Made by a program: the position numbers and the translations under genes. DNA of 64,000 nucleotides from Nitrososphaeria archaeon (GTDB lineage: Archaea > Thermoproteota > Nitrososphaeria > Nitrososphaerales > JAAOZN01): contig JARVJZ010000006.1 in NCBI GenBank assembly GCA_029775855.1, positions 76,353 through 140,352 on the forward strand, read 5' to 3'. How positions within the stretch are numbered: the stretch's first letter is position 1; every line of letters begins with the position of its first letter. This document shows positions 63,248 to 64,000 of the stretch, piece by piece. Under the pieces are notes generated by a model. The model saw only the letters and a list, made by a program, of their open reading frames with translations. It was not told the DNA's origin and searched no databases.

Positions 63248-64000
63248 GTGAGCGGGCGCTCATCAGAAGAAGAGAAGATTATTGATGCATTAAGGGACTT
63301 TGGTCTAACACGCCTACAGGCTGAGGTCTACTTAACATTAAGAAGACTGGGCTCAGCATACGCAAGGGAACTCATAGCAGAGTTAAAGGCTAACAGAGTT
63401 GACATCTACCGTGCATTACGAACCTTACGCAACCTTGAATTGGTAGAGGTTCAATTAGGTAATCCTACTCGTTTTCAGAGTGTAGCGCCGAGAAACGCGA
63501 TTGAAGCGCTACTTAATAGAAAAGAAGAAGCGTTGGCAAATCTAAAAGAGCGAGGTAAAGAAATCTTACCAAAGCTTGAAGCTCTAACACAAGAACCTAA
63601 GGCTTTCACACGCACTGAGAAAAGACTATTCTTAAGGCTGCTTTCAGGTGCACAAGTCTTTCGTAGAGTAGCTGACTTGGTTAAAGATGCTAGGTATGTG
63701 TTGAAGATGATTTCTCCTCGAGGGCTCTATTTACACTGGCAGTCTGGGATATATGATGCTGAAACCCTTAGTGTGCAGCGTGGGGCTAAGATAAGAATAC
63801 TAACTTACATCGGTAAGCAGAATGTTGAATGTGTAAGGGAGTATTCCAATATAGCTTCTATACGCCACTTGGATGATCTAGCAGCCAGAATAAGGTATAT
63901 AGTTGTAGATGAAAATCAGCTCGTTTTACCAGTTTCTTCTCCCCCGCAAGGTTTAAAAGATCCGGTTGTAATTTGGAGTAATAGTTCAACCCTAATAGAC
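63248..64000 (+). CDS. TrmB-family transcriptional regulator, N-terminal 251 aa; runs off the window
   Basis: Not in the track (no in-window stop). My translation from GTG 63248 is VSGRSSEEEKIIDALRDFGLTRLQAEVYLTLRRLGSAYARELIAELKANRVDIYRALRTLRNLELVEVQLGNPTRFQSVAP..AIEALL, the TrmB winged-HTH signature. The start codon is uncertain (TTG 63185/63188 are also in frame). Confidence 0.7.
   Translation, partial: MSGRSSEEEKIIDALRDFGLTRLQAEVYLTLRRLGSAYARELIAELKANRVDIYRALRTLRNLELVEVQLGNPTRFQSVAPRNAIEALLNRKEEALANLKERGKEILPKLEALTQEPKAFTRTEKRLFLRLLSGAQVFRRVADLVKDARYVLKMISPRGLYLHWQSGIYDAETLSVQRGAKIRILTYIGKQNVECVREYSNIASIRHLDDLAARIRYIVVDENQLVLPVSSPPQGLKDPVVIWSNSSTLID

Overview
Gene-dense archaeal chromosomal segment: about 60 CDS, intergenic gaps mostly under 150 nt, frequent TTG/GTG starts and stop/start overlaps. 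I recognised no rRNA, tRNA or CRISPR array. Core information-processing blocks: rps12-rps7 and tuf (3.3-7.0 kb); rpoH-rpoB-rpoA-rpl30e-nusA (21.2-29.6 kb), with rpoB unsplit and rpoA a single fused A'+A'' gene; secE-spt5-rpl11-rpl1-rplP0 followed by an inverted rpl12/P1 gene (30.5-33.5 kb). Metabolic content is anaerobic and redox-heavy: cdhA-cdhB (CODH module of acetyl-CoA decarbonylase/synthase), two orphan xanthine-dehydrogenase-family Mo subunits, a DMSO-reductase-family enzyme, tungsten-type AOR with a MoaD-like protein, an SdhA/SdhB-like pair, PaaK-like ligase, Hbd, a LarA-like protein, TreT plus glycogen synthase, and a thiR-cytX-thiDN thiamine salvage unit. Fused rpoA plus cdhAB suggests a TACK-type anaerobe such as Bathyarchaeia; this is inference only. 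Best candidates for something undescribed: (1) 48.6-53.4 kb, a pyrogallol-transhydroxylase-like Mo enzyme (alpha+beta) translationally coupled to an unassignable 486-aa protein with two Ig-like repeats; (2) 55.9-59.1 kb, SdhA plus an SdhB fused to a six-helix NarI/DsrM-like His-rich membrane domain, with no separate anchor genes. Smaller oddities: P0 without its acidic tail, EF-1alpha with SKFD in place of NKxD, a ThiI-like protein with a dead PP-loop, an alpha/beta-hydrolase lacking GxSxG, a Mut7-C gene whose conserved N-terminus lies upstream of any canonical start, a decayed transposase just upstream of the RNAP operon, and a hydantoinase gene fragment. All family calls rest on motifs read by eye and remembered family signatures. 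No searches were run.
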